A stretch of 64,000 bases of DNA from Rhynchobatus australiae (taxonomy: Eukaryota). This document shows positions 1 through 12,059 of the stretch, one piece after another. A program made the position numbers and the translations under genes. The notes below the pieces were generated by a model that searched no databases, was not told the DNA's origin, and was given only the letters and a program-made list of their open reading frames with translations. The stretch spans positions 104,136,944-104,200,943 of the forward strand of contig JAUZTB010000098.1 in assembly GCA_034780895.1 (NCBI GenBank), given 5' to 3'. How positions within the stretch are numbered: the stretch's first letter is position 1; each line of letters starts with the position of its first letter.

Positions 1-459
1 GTTGTTGAACTTTGCCAGTAGATGTGGGATTCTGTACTTAATAAGATATGATGTTAATTTTATTTATTATATTATTACTTGTTATGTACTGAAAAATGTC
101 ATAAAACTTTATAAAATGTTAGAAATCACTTATATCAATTAATTTCAGTTGAATTGTTGACTTTTACTTAGTGCTTCTCATTGTGATCAGTACATGGAAA
201 CATCATAGAATGACAAATGGACAATGTTGGAAAGAGTCAATGGGTCAGGCAGCATCAGTGAAATGTCGTTAATTTTCAAGGGACCAAAGGAATATGGGGT
301 CAGTGCAGGAAAGCGATGTCAGGATAAAATTAGCCCAAATCTTATTGACTAGCAGAGCAGGCATGAGAGGTAGCATGGCCTACTCCTGCTTTTACTTATA
401 ATGTTGTTATGCCAACGAACTGGGGAAGGTTAGAAATGAAGCAAGTTTGAAGACTTCCT

Positions 460-1580
460 CAACTGTGACTCTGTCCCTGATGTGAGCACACTTGACCCAA
501 TCCCACAGCAGCTATCCAAACCAACCTTGCTGTTACTCATGGGTGACAAGAAATTGAGAAGGCTATATCCTAACTTAAAAGTAACAATGTTTTGGGAGCA
601 GATGATTTCGCCCTTGAAACTCTAAAGTTCAGCAGTGAAGAGCTTCAGTCATAAATCCACAGCCTTATTGGCCACATCTGGCAAGAGGAGAATATTCCAA
701 AGAATCTCAGAGATGTTGTAATTGTGACGATCTTCAAGGAAGGAGACAAGTCCAACTGTGGTAACTCCAGAAAGGTTTCCTGCAGTCCACCCACCACAGT
801 GAAAGTCATTAGCAGGGTCCCCCTCAAACACCTCCTCCCAGTGGCAAATGGCTGCTCCCCAAATCATAGTGTGGATTCCATCCATCCAGAAACACAATGG
901 AGATGATCTTGACCACGCAACTGAAAAAAATGCAGAGACCAGCACCACATAGCCTTCTTTGAATTCACCAAAGACTCTGATTCAGTCAGGAGGGACTTTG
1001 GAAACCCCTACTCAAACTTGGCTCCTTGCAATAATTTGTCTCCATCGTACGCTTGCTCTACAATGGGATGCGAATCATGATATTAACCAAGGGGTCCACA
1101 ACAGAACCACTGTCAGTGAAGTCTGGTGTCAAACAAAAGTTCTCCCAATCTTTCCTGCCACAATGTCACACCTCACCTCCAGCAAACTTCTTCCACGTGT
1201 AGACCTCATCTTCAGAACCAATTGGGAATCTGTTCAACATTCGGCAACCACACGGCAGAACCAAGGTTATCAAGAGCTCAGTTTCCAAGCTGCAGTGTGC
1301 AGCAAATGCAAGCTATCATCTACTCTTTTCACTGAAGCACATAAGAAGACCTACACTCAACATCCTCTACTAATCTGCTACACTGGCAAGACATTGGAGG
1401 ACAATGCTCTAGCACAGCTTTTGTACGTTTCAGGAACAGAGTATTTGAAAATCAAGACAGACCTGGCACAAAACTCATGGTCTACCAGGCGGCAGTAATC
1501 TTTATAATCCCTATATGTTTCTGCGATCTGGACAATCTAAGCATTTCAATTCACTGGAAAAATACCACAAAACACTGTCT
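460..1580 (+). mobile_element. Degenerate RTE-clade LINE, reverse transcriptase fragment
   Basis: Translates to LIGHIWQEENIPKNLRDVVIVTIFKEGDKSNCGNSR, resembling the RTE RT N-terminal motif; frameshifted and with stops. Confidence 0.75.
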
Positions 1581-2829
1581 TCACCTGACCCATCTGTGAA
1601 AGGGTCTGCACTTTTCATATTGGCCTTGTTACCCACCTCAGAGCCCAGAAAATGAGAGGAAGTTATCCTTAAGACTGCCTAAGGAGAAGGTGACTTTTGT
1701 TTTTCCAAATATTNNNNNNNNNNNNNNNNNNNNNNNNNNNNNNNNNNNNNNNNNNNNNNNNNNNNNNNNNNNNNNNNNNNNNNNNNNNNNNNNNNNNNNN
1801 NNNNNNNNNNNNNNNNNNNNNNNNNNNNNNNNNNNNNNNNNNNNNNNNNNNNNNNNNNNNNNNNNNNNNNNNNNNNNNNNNNNNNNNNNNNNNNNNNNNN
1901 NNGAAAGAAAACAGCTAATAATTCTTCTTTTCTTTTGAAAAAAATAACTTGAATTAAGATGAGAAAGCCATCCTGACACCTGCAATCCAGTTAAATTTCT
2001 GAACCATAGAACCACAGAATACTACAGCACAGAAAACAGGCCATTCAACCCTTCTAGTCCATGCCGAAATGTTATTCTGCTAGTCCCATTTACCTTCACC
2101 CAGCCCATAGCCCTCCAGAATAGAACCATAATTCTGATGCTGATTGAATGTAAGAAATACAACTGGTAAATAATTTTCTGTTTTTTTTTCACTTTCTTCA
2201 CAGACATGCTGAAGCTATTTGGCTTTTATATAAAAACTGCTAAGCATAGAGATTTTAAAATTTGCTCTCTAATTTTGCTGCAAATAATTTTGGAAAATAA
2301 CTGATCATGAACTGGAGAAATTCAAGAAAATTATGCCTGCATTTCAGCTGAATCCCTATGCACTGACTATACCAACATATGAAATGATTGCACAATTTCA
2401 GTTCTGAGTGAATTAAGAAATACAAGTAAATTATAATATCAGACAAATTTAATCTTGTCATTGTGATGTAAAGTGCTCACTTTTGTTTTATTTATGATCA
2501 ATTGTCAGGGAAAAGTTGGTGAATATTTTTCAGATGGTTTGTATTTTGAAAAAAATTTCTGGGCCTGGTAGATTTGAAAGGATTGTTCACAGCCTAATTG
2601 CATTTAAGGGGAAGCCAAATATATACATGAACAAGGAAAGAATGATATACTGATAAATTGAAATAAAGTGTCAGAAAGCAAATCTGGGTATTAATAGTGA
2701 CAATTTGACCCCACCATTTAAGGAAGGATGGAGTAAACAGGGGGACTACCTTCTAGCCAGATGTCATCAGTTGGAGAATGAAGATTGTAATAACAGGACA
2801 CCAGGGAAAAAAAATAGGGTTTGCTTGTA

Positions 2830-3410
2830 TGTGTTACTAAAGGCTAACATGCAGGTGTATAAAACAATTAGAGGAGAAAATTATATGTTACTTATTACAA
2901 GAGGATTTGAATACAAGAGTAAGGAAGTCTTACTGCAATTATTAAGAGCCTTAATGAGACTGCACCTGGTGTATCGTGTGCACATTTTGGTTTTCCAATC
3001 TAAAAACATTCCTTCCACAGAGTGCCCGAGGATGGTTTTAAGGATGGCAGGTTTGCCATACGAGGAGGTATTGAGAAGCATGGGACTGTATTGTCTCGAG
3101 TTTAGAAGAATGAGAGGAGATCTCATTGAAATATACCAACTCCTTAAAGGACGCAACAGGCTGGCTGTTTCGTGTTTTTCCGGGCTGACTCATCTAGAAC
3201 CAGGTGGCACAGTTCCAGAAAAAGTGGTAGGTCATTTAGATCCAAGAGAAGGAAGACACCCTTCACAGGAATTTTCTACGCCAGAGGGCTGTGTAGATTT
3301 CACTGCATCAAGGGAATCAAAGGATATAGGAACTGGACCGAGGTAGATTGGCCATAATGAATGGTAGAACATGTATGAGAGGCCTATTCCTGCTCCTATT
3401 CCTTACATAC
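2830..3410 (+). mobile_element. CR1-clade LINE 3' fragment
   Basis: ORF 2705..3346 contains EYKSKEVLLQL...GLPYEE...LEFRRMRGDLIEIYQLLKG (CR1 ORF2 C-terminus), followed by a typical tail ggcctattcctgctcctatt. Confidence 0.88.
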
Positions 3411-3689
3411 ATAGATATAGGACAGTAGTACTGAGGTAGGTCAGCGATGTTCTGATGGATTGGGGGAGCACACATGCCAAAAAGCCAACTCCTTGTTCCT
3501 AACTTTAGAGATAAACCTGTACTACCTAATATCTGACTCTATAATTCCAGAATGTAACAATAGGATCCCTTTGAGAAAAGGAACTCTATATTCATATATT
3601 TTCTTCAGTCTCTTTGAGGGCATGCACACAAATGCTTTGTGAGACAAGGCTAAATGTGAATCAAATGCTTCATTCATATACGACAATTG

Positions 3690-4098
3690 AAGGTTCCCTT
3701 ATACGATGAGATGGACTATGACCTCACGATCAACCTTGTTGTGACCTTGCACCTTATTGCACTGCACTTTCTCTGTAGCTGTGACACTTTACTCTNNNNN
3801 NNNNNNNNNNNNNNNNNNNNNNNNNNNNNNNNNNNNNNNNNNNNNNNNNNNNNNNNNNNNNNNNNNNNNNNNNNNNNNNNNNNNNNNNNNNNNNNTTGCA
3901 CCTTATTGCACTGCACTTTCTCTGTAGCTGTGACACTTTACTCTGTACTGTTATTGTTTTAACCTGTACTACATCAATGGACTCTGTACCAACCCAATAT
4001 AACTGCACTGTGTAACAAATTGACCTGTACGATCGGTATGCAAGACTAGCTTTTCACTGTACCTCGGTACAAATGACAATAATAAACCAATACCATTC
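3690..4098 (+). mobile_element. Non-LTR retrotransposon 3' tail; related copies at about 10205-10350 (-), 35828-35928 (+) and 21345-21580
   Basis: Shared sequence ...ctgtacctcggtacaa.tgacaataataaaccaatacc in several copies; the family (Rex1/L2-like) is not determined. Confidence 0.65.
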
Positions 4099-4504
4099 CA
4101 GTGAGTGCATATAGATTAGATAGTAATTTAATTGGATTGCAGATGTCAAGACTGCCTTTCTCATCTTAATTCAAGTTATTTTTTTCAAACGAAAAAAGTG
4201 CATATAGTATGATCAGATTCCCTTAGTCTTAACAGTGCAATGAGCCATCAGTAGCAACAATTTGAGGATATGTTTAAGTATTCTTTAGTTATCCAGTTAT
4301 TACAGCTAACATATCCCTATTAGCTTCTACCAAAAACCACAGCAGAGACTGACTGCCTGAATTCTCCAGGTTGAGTTACCAGATTACCACTTATTTATTC
4401 CCCATGCAGATTGGTTCACTTGCACCCAGCACACTGGATACATAAACTGGGCTATCTACCCAGAGTTCAACATTCACAAAATTAAAACCCTTTCTGTAAG
4501 ATAT

Positions 4505-4738
4505 CTTTATTAGTCACATGTACATCAAAACACACAGCAAAATGCATCTTCTGCATAGAATGTTCTGGGGGCAGCCCGCAAGTGTCGCCATGCTTCTGGC
4601 GCCAACATAGCACGCCTAACCTGTACGTCTTTGGAATGTGGGAGGAAACTGGAGCACCCGGAGGAAACCCATGCAGACCTGGGGAGAACGTACAAACTCC
4701 TTACAGACAGTGGCCGGAATTGAACCTGGGTCACTGGA
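4505..4738 (-). mobile_element. tRNA-derived V-SINE (HE1-like)
   Basis: B-box GGTTCAATTCC (4716-4726, minus) followed by the V-domain tgggtttcctccgggtgctccagtttcctcccaca. Confidence 0.85.
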
Positions 4739-5675
4739 AAGCAAAAACAAAGGAAGGCAGGAACAATATCTTTTGAAGATCCTGGTCTGAACATCTTTTT
4801 CCAAACTATTCCATTTAAAATGGTCTGCCCGCTAGGTAAATGGGCAGCAGTGGAAATGTGTAATTTGGATTATTTCAGAGGATAAAGATACAAACTAGTT
4901 GATGGCAAGTGTGCATAGGGATAATAGAAGTGTTTTGTATAATGCATTTATTAGTGGCTCAGTTTTGAAGGGTGTTCATTTAAATGCATCCTTCAATCCA
5001 CGACTGATGTTTTCCAACATGCTCCAGTTAAATGGTGCTGTAAATAGCACCTATCGAAAACAAACCATGTAGGAAACTGCTTCGTGCTGAATAGCATCTC
5101 TTATCAAGCACAGTACATTTATGATGAAGCAACACAAGAGATTTGTAGCCAGTGCCACTTGAGTGCTGCACAAGCATTGCAACTCAAGTGGGCATAATCA
5201 CACAGGCAGTTGACAGATAGCTACAAATAATGGTAAGATGGCCTGGCTTACAATATTTCTGGAATGGGCTGGGAATTGTGCATTTGGCTTTGCCATCCAG
5301 TTCAGACACCCACAAATTACATGCGTCAAGGCAACCAAATAGATGTCATTAAGGATACACTTTTACCTTGCTGAGCAGGCAGGATGCATGACAGCTGTTC
5401 CAGGAACTTGGGCACAAACCGCTGCCCTCCCTGCTGATGGAATTTTGTATAAATGCACATCAGCCACAGTTCAGCGTGGAGAGACTACCTGAAGGTGAGT
5501 GTAATATTGGCCAGGGTAAGTAATGCAGCCTCCTACACCAACCCAGTTTGTAATACAAGTGGGATTATTATTGGGATGAGCAGATCATATTTCATGTATT
5601 GACAGACCTGGATGCTATGATCTCATTGGCTTCTGTTAGATGCAAGGAGAGATACCGTCTCTCCTACTCTTTGTC

Positions 5676-5762
5676 TGCACTGCTCACTTCAGCCCAGAGG
5701 TTTCTCTATGGTAACAAGTGATTGTTGGCCAGAGAAATCTCTGGGCTGAAGAGAAATGTGCA
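5676..5762 (+). ncRNA. Pre-miRNA-like hairpin (candidate; no known family recognised)
   Basis: 21-bp stem 5687-5707/5731-5751 with one G-U pair, an apical extension and a basal stem TGCAC/GTGCA. Confidence 0.35.
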
Positions 5763-8700
5763 ACCAAAGAGGTAGAGATAGCAACTTCCATTACATCCAA
5801 TAGTACATTTTGAGAGAGAACACAGGAGTTGGCAGGTCTATCAATGCATGGAGCAGGTACTGCCATTTCTTTGCAATGGCTCACAACCACTGCACCAGCC
5901 AGGGCTCAAGGCTGCATCCCATGTATCAGCACAGAGGAGTTGCACCACTCACACACCAGCTCTCAATGGCAGCCTTTCTGCAGAGAACCACAGGGCCAGT
6001 CATTGCTAGAGTGCAGGATTTTATACCAAGTTCCTAGCATAGCAGAATGAGCAAATGCCTTTAAAAAGATTCAGGGTACGCTGCTCAGAATTTGGATCTG
6101 AAGACCAAGAACGCTCTAATGAATTAGTGCTCTGCAGGCTTATACTAACCAGGATACCCTGAATTTTAAAGCATGCTACCATTTAATAAACAAGACTTTA
6201 ACCTCTTGCTTCCCAGGATTCTTAGGGTAGGTAGTTAAACTGCTATCCTGGCCACACTTCAACCCAAACCAGTAGAGCAAGTTTTCAATAAATTTCTCCC
6301 CAACATGTCAAATCAACATTCAAATTTACTTCTGTTCCACATCACATTGATTACACTTCCAAATTCTCACATTCATCCACACGGGCTATAGCCACCCAGT
6401 TTTCAACTTGTTGAAACCCAACATCTATGGGCAAGCCTTTATTCAAACTTCCTGCCCTGAGGTATTATGCATGACTCCTTCCATACTCCCGTTTTAAGTT
6501 TGAAGCTGTTAGAGCTTCAGCATGCTTAAGCAAGCTAACTCTTCACCTTATTAGCCCACACTGAAGTCAAACCTATTATGCCTTTGCACTCAATAACTTC
6601 ACTTCTATTGAATCTGACATCACTTAAAGATTCGGATTCTTCCTCTTTCCTCCCTCACCCCACTGTTAAAAGGTGCTAAATAAAAGCAAGTCATTCTCTT
6701 AATGACTATTAAATGGGAACTAGGCGAGATCAGATTTGAAGGTGGTGAAGCAAATAGGATTTTGTTCAAATTGGTTATAGGAACTAATGGATATTGAAGT
6801 GAAAGATAATTGCACCAATTCTTTTCCCCACTCTAGTTGAGTGCCCTGAACCAGAAATAGGGTTACTGTGGTACCAATTCTTCAAGGTGAGTGATTTCAA
6901 AAATCCCCACCCACCCTGGCTCTGGTGCAACTGCAGTCCATTGTTTCAGTCACAGATATACTACTTATTTACAAACTTTAATCACCAACCCAAAAATAAC
7001 TCTTGGAAATGCCAACAGCGTCAAAAATTAATCATCAAATAAACATTAGAAAAAAAGGTCACAGGATAAGATGCCCAAAAATTAGGTAAGAACAAGATTT
7101 TGAAATTGGCCTTTTGGGGGCAGATATGCAATTTGGTAAAATATCAAGCTTGCCACTACTTGAGATCCTACTTTCTGAGACTATCACATTAGAACAGATG
7201 ACTGACTTTCCAAATATGATTTAAGGTGCCTCAAAAATACCCAAGCAGCCCAGTGGAAAGGTTGGTGACCTTACATTGAAATACTAAGCTTTACAAATAC
7301 AACTCTAATGATGAGTTTTGTTTAAGAATGGCTTCCAGGATATTCAATGTTGAGCTGTAACGTTTATTCCAAAGCAAGATGCGAGTTGTCATTCTCTTGG
7401 GAATTAAACCACCAGCCAATCCTGGATGATCTGCAAACTGACCCAAGAATCTTAAATCTTTCAAGACCCTACTCAGCTATTGCTAAAACTAATATTTTAG
7501 CATTGTGAAATGCTGGGTCAGCCCAGCTCCAAGGTCTTTCATGTTTGGCTCAAACTGGATACATGTTCAGATCCCATGGGGCTCAATTTGCTTGTTAAGA
7601 TTCCAAAGTGAAACACACAGATCTAGCAATGTATTTGCTACTTTCTGTTAGGAGTTTTTATATTTAAGTTCTGGAAACTTTTTAAAAGTTGCAAGGAATG
7701 TTTTTAAAAAGTTAGATCAAATATAAATGGGGCAGGAAAGGGAGAAGCTGAGAAGACAACTGCAAACAGTCCAAATCATTATCGAAGCAGGTATGGCATA
7801 AATACTGCATTGGGGAGGAGATAATCATCAATTCTTTGCAGACTGTGGATTTGCTAAGAGTGTGCGGAGAAAGGATGCAAGCATCCTTGTCAGGTTCATC
7901 CAGAGGAGCTGAGTAACAGAGGGCTTGATTAACTGGGTGTTGTGTGAAATTGTTCTTTTCTGTCTTAAGGATCAAGGACTCTGGATACAAGCTTTGAGGA
8001 CCAAAACCAGTTTAATCACAAAGGCAAACATGGGACAGAATGGATATGTAACTGATCAGTTGGCATTATAACAGGATTCTGCTCATCTCATTGAATCTTT
8101 TCTTATGTTCTTCTGTATGTACCAATGAGACTAATCCCATTCTTGCTGCTTGCTTCCCTTAACCTTTGATGTTACTTATTTCCAACCAATTAAACAGAAT
8201 GTTTCTGATCACAACTGCAAGTAAACATCTAAGCACTTGTTAAATATGGAGAGTTCCTGCCTCTACGATCTCAAAGGCTTTTTTGTTGACCAGACTGTCA
8301 TGTGGACTTTGTCAAAATCTTTTCTAAAATCCATGCATGCTCTGTCAAATGCATTGTTTTTATTGAATTTTTTGACGTGGTAATGAGGGCAAAACTACTC
8401 AGACACAAACCTCCCTTAATAAAGCCAAGTGTTTCTGATTTATCAGTGCTTTTGCAAATGAAAGGTTATACTTTCTCAAATAAGTTACAATAACTTGTCC
8501 ACCAATGAAATTAAACTGATCCAGTAGTTGTTCAGTTTAAGCTTTCTTCCCTTGTTATGCAGCTGCCCAGAGTCTGAGTGGAATGCTCCCAAACCATGTG
8601 GTGATGCACTCTTACCAGTGATCTCTGCTGTCTCACTACTCCTGGAGTCGTCAAGGAAGAACTAGGAGATTGCAGCCCTTTTTATGGTACTGGGAGGCTA

Positions 8701-9096
8701 GGTGGAACCTGACTGAATGATTTAAACGGACCAATCGTTTGGGGGTCAAAGACAAAGGTTCCTGCCGCAGCCAATAGTCAGGCAGGTTCAGAGACAAAGG
8801 GTACTGGTCAGGCAAGTTGAAACAAAAGGGACTCTCATACCTGAGGTGGGTGTTGCTGCACCTTGATTGACAGTAGTATCACTTCTGATCCGAGGAGCAA
8901 CACTATCCTCCGACCAGCNNNNNNNNNNNNNNNNNNNNNNNNNNNNNNNNNNNNNNNNNNNNNNNNNNNNNNNNNNNNNNNNNNNNNNNNNNNNNNNNNN
9001 NNNNNNNNNNNNNNNNNNAATTTAATGTCGCTTTTCTCCCCACAGATGCTGCCGAGCAGATATTTAAACTCCTATAATAAAGGCATTATTCTGAAT

Positions 9097-9308
9097 CAAC
9101 ACACACAAAAATCTAGAGGAACTAGCGAGTCAGGCAGCATCTACAGAGGGGAAAGGAACAGTCGATGTTTCGGGCCAAGATCCCTCATCGGTCTCGGCCC
9201 GAAATGCCAGCTGATCATTTCCCTCCATAGATGCTGCCTGACCTGCTGAGTTCCTGTGTGTGTGTGTTGCTCCAGATTTCCAGCATCTGCAGAATATCTC
9301 GTGTCTCT
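9097..9308. mobile_element. Penelope-like terminal-repeat foldback element
   Basis: Inverted arms gtcaggcagcatcta...tttcgggcc / ggcccgaaa...tagatgctgcctgac. A related terminus lies at the end of the GIY-YIG element at 54.4 kb. Confidence 0.7.
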
Positions 9309-9689
9309 ATTTTGAATCATTTGAGCTCCCAGCGGGGTACACTTCTTAATGCAACAGCAGCAGTAGGAGCTGCCTTTTGTAATGAACAGAATTCATGGCT
9401 TGACAGCAAGTGAACACAGCTCACACAATATAACTGCCCAATAGGCAAGCTCAAAATAGCCTCCATAATTACAACCCATGAAAAGTTAGATTGGACTAAG
9501 TGATATTATTCAGCACCAATTTGCACTAAATGAGCAGTCTTATTCAAAAAAAAGCTCAGTGTTTGACAGATATGAGGAATGAAGAGTGTCAAACTGGCAC
9601 TGTAAAGGGTGCAAGGTTGGACAAGACTTGCATTGTCAGGGCATAGTAGGTAGGTTCCTGATTCTACAGCATAACAATCCTAACACTCT

Positions 9690-10070
9690 GTAGGAGGACT
9701 CTCTGATCGACTGGCTGTTCCTGGGGACACACACCGAGACAGACATCAAGTGCTGTTGGAAGGTCACCAACTCGGTGAAGATAGCCCTTTGGTCTGCTGG
9801 AAACTTGTCGATCTTCCGGCACAATGAGATGCCCGTAAGGGAATGCTGCTGACTGACACAGTCCAGGCTGCAGGTGGACATGCTGAGGGACACACTGACG
9901 CTTGCTGCAGCCAATGCAGAGGCTCTGTGGGGAAAAGACCACAGTCTAGGCTCGTTGTGCTACTGGATAGTGAGGGGCTGAGTCAGGCAAGAAAGCCCCT
10001 CAAAAAATATGCATCACCCCAGAGAATGATATGAGAGGCAATGGTGTTATGAACAAAATGTTATTTTTCA
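9690..10070 (+). mobile_element. L1/Tx1-clade LINE 3' fragment
   Basis: Translates to EDSLIDWLFLGTHTETDIKCCWKVTNSVKIALWSAGNL...LRDTLTLAAANAEALWGK, resembling a Tx1 ORF2 C-terminus. Confidence 0.7.
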
Positions 10071-12059
10071 TTCGTCTTTACCTCCAGTAACATTGGCTAT
10101 CGCTCAACAGTTTTGATACCAGTAGGTAGTTAACAACTATTTGCAAATGAGATAGTACAAATCTTCACTCACCCAGCCTATAATGCGAATCATTTGGTTA
10201 ATTAGGTATTGGTTTATTACTGCCACTTGTACTGAGGTACAGTGAAAAACTTGTCTGGCATATCGATCATGCAGTTCAATTGATTACACAGTGCAGTTAC
10301 ATTGAGTTAGTACAGAATGCATTGAGCTACTACAGGTAAAAACGATTAGAGCACAAGTGGTGGTACCAGTCACCACCTGTGTATTTTGACAGCTGATGCT
10401 GTGTACTCTAGCCTGATCAATAATCTTGACATTAATTCCTAGATATGTAGAAACACAACAATCAGTGGAGGAATGCCACCCAACTTATAGCTGGATGATT
10501 TACTAGAAACAAAAATAACAAGCAACGTGTTTCCTGATTTTTGGTTTTATTTCATCATACATGGGACAGGTCATACAATTTTGTCAGAAGCTCGAAGAGT
10601 GATAGTAGATTGGTTGGCCTGGTACAAGAAGCCAAATTAAGTTAATGTGAAGGAAGTTAAGGTGATCTATTGGGTGACAAATTCATTTCACAGCTACAGT
10701 TGAAAATTTTTAATGATACAAGCCAAAAATAGCAATCAAGCCAGATTTAAAACATTATATGTAACCAAAGAAATGAGGTGAGAAAATAAAGCAGGCACAA
10801 TTCAATAATCGTAATAAACTCCTCAAAGCAGGTAAATGACAGGGGAAAACTCTAGTTTGGGCATGATATTGCCCAATTGGGACCTAGAAATTGAAGATAG
10901 TTTCAGTGAGGTATCATCAAAATCATTGCAATAAACAGCTGAGGTCATTGACACCGAAAGGTTTACAATTTCTCTCCAGATGCATGCCTGACCTGCTGAG
11001 CATTTTGCTTTTCCACAGCAACGTCATTTTCACAGGGCTACCAGATTGCTTCTGTTGAAGAGATTACCTGTTTGTGCACATCATTCATTCGGTCTGGGTT
11101 GAGATTCCAACCAACTTCCCACTTAACATCAATTGTACCTGTACTGGAATGATAGTCTTGCGATGGTTCAGAAACTCATTTTCAATTTTGACTGCACCAC
11201 GCAAACCAGTTCTATAAATGAGTTTCCAAAAAAAAGCGGGCATATAATGATGTTAAAAAAATCAAAATGAAACTAGTTTAAAAATACCTCCTCAGTCCAG
11301 AGGAAAATCTAGAAACTCACTGCCAGTCCTCTGCAAAGGCAACATTTAAAAGCTCATTGAACCCTCTTGCCAAGATGACCATCCACTCAGCTTCATGTTG
11401 ACAGAGCAAAGTTTATTCCATGGCTGATCTTATTTCCATATTTTAGTTTCTGTTCCATGGACTCACCACACCTCCAAAATCTATTAACAACCCTATAATC
11501 CCAATTCCACTAAACTGATAACTACACTTTTTCCATTCTCCAAGATAACCAATATCACAGCAACAAACTACTATTCAAAATTGATTGCTCTGTAGTGATA
11601 AATTATGGCCCCATTTCCAAAGATGACCATTTCTGTGATTCCACACACAACTCTATCAGAGTTTGAAACCCAAGACAGCCCTGATAAAAAGTGAATAGCT
11701 GTGCTATTCTTCATCTTCAATAACCTTTCATTGTTGACATTTTCTTTATCCAATTGTATCCCGTCATTCAGTACATTTCCTTCAGCTTATTGTTGGGTTC
11801 ACTTTTATTATATAGTCAGAGAATAGTTACAGGCTTCTCCCAGACTTGACAACTCCTCAATTTATTGTCTAGTTCTGTCCTTTGAATGTTGTCCCACAGT
11901 ATCAAATATGCATCGTCTGCTATGATACCCAGTTGCATCTTCGAAAACATTCCTCAAAAGTCTATGCTTTTTTCTTGTCAGGTTTCTTGACCAATACCCA
12001 AACACTGACCTTTGATGGTTGCCATTATTAAACTTGTTTCAGCCCTAGCTATAAATATT

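Noticed and set aside
959-1498. 179-aa ORF
   Set aside because: Lies within the decayed RTE LINE.
2705-3346. 213-aa ORF
   Set aside because: A CR1 ORF2 C-terminal remnant, not a host gene.
3747-3945. Identical sequence on both sides of an N-gap (also at 15339-15488, 60411-60550 and 61468-61585)
   Set aside because: Typical of unmerged contig overlaps in a draft scaffold rather than real tandem duplications.
7727-7801. Short frame MGQEREKLRRQLQTVQIIIEAGMA, superficially like a leucine zipper
   Set aside because: No basic region or CNC motif; too short to call an NFE2L3 remnant.
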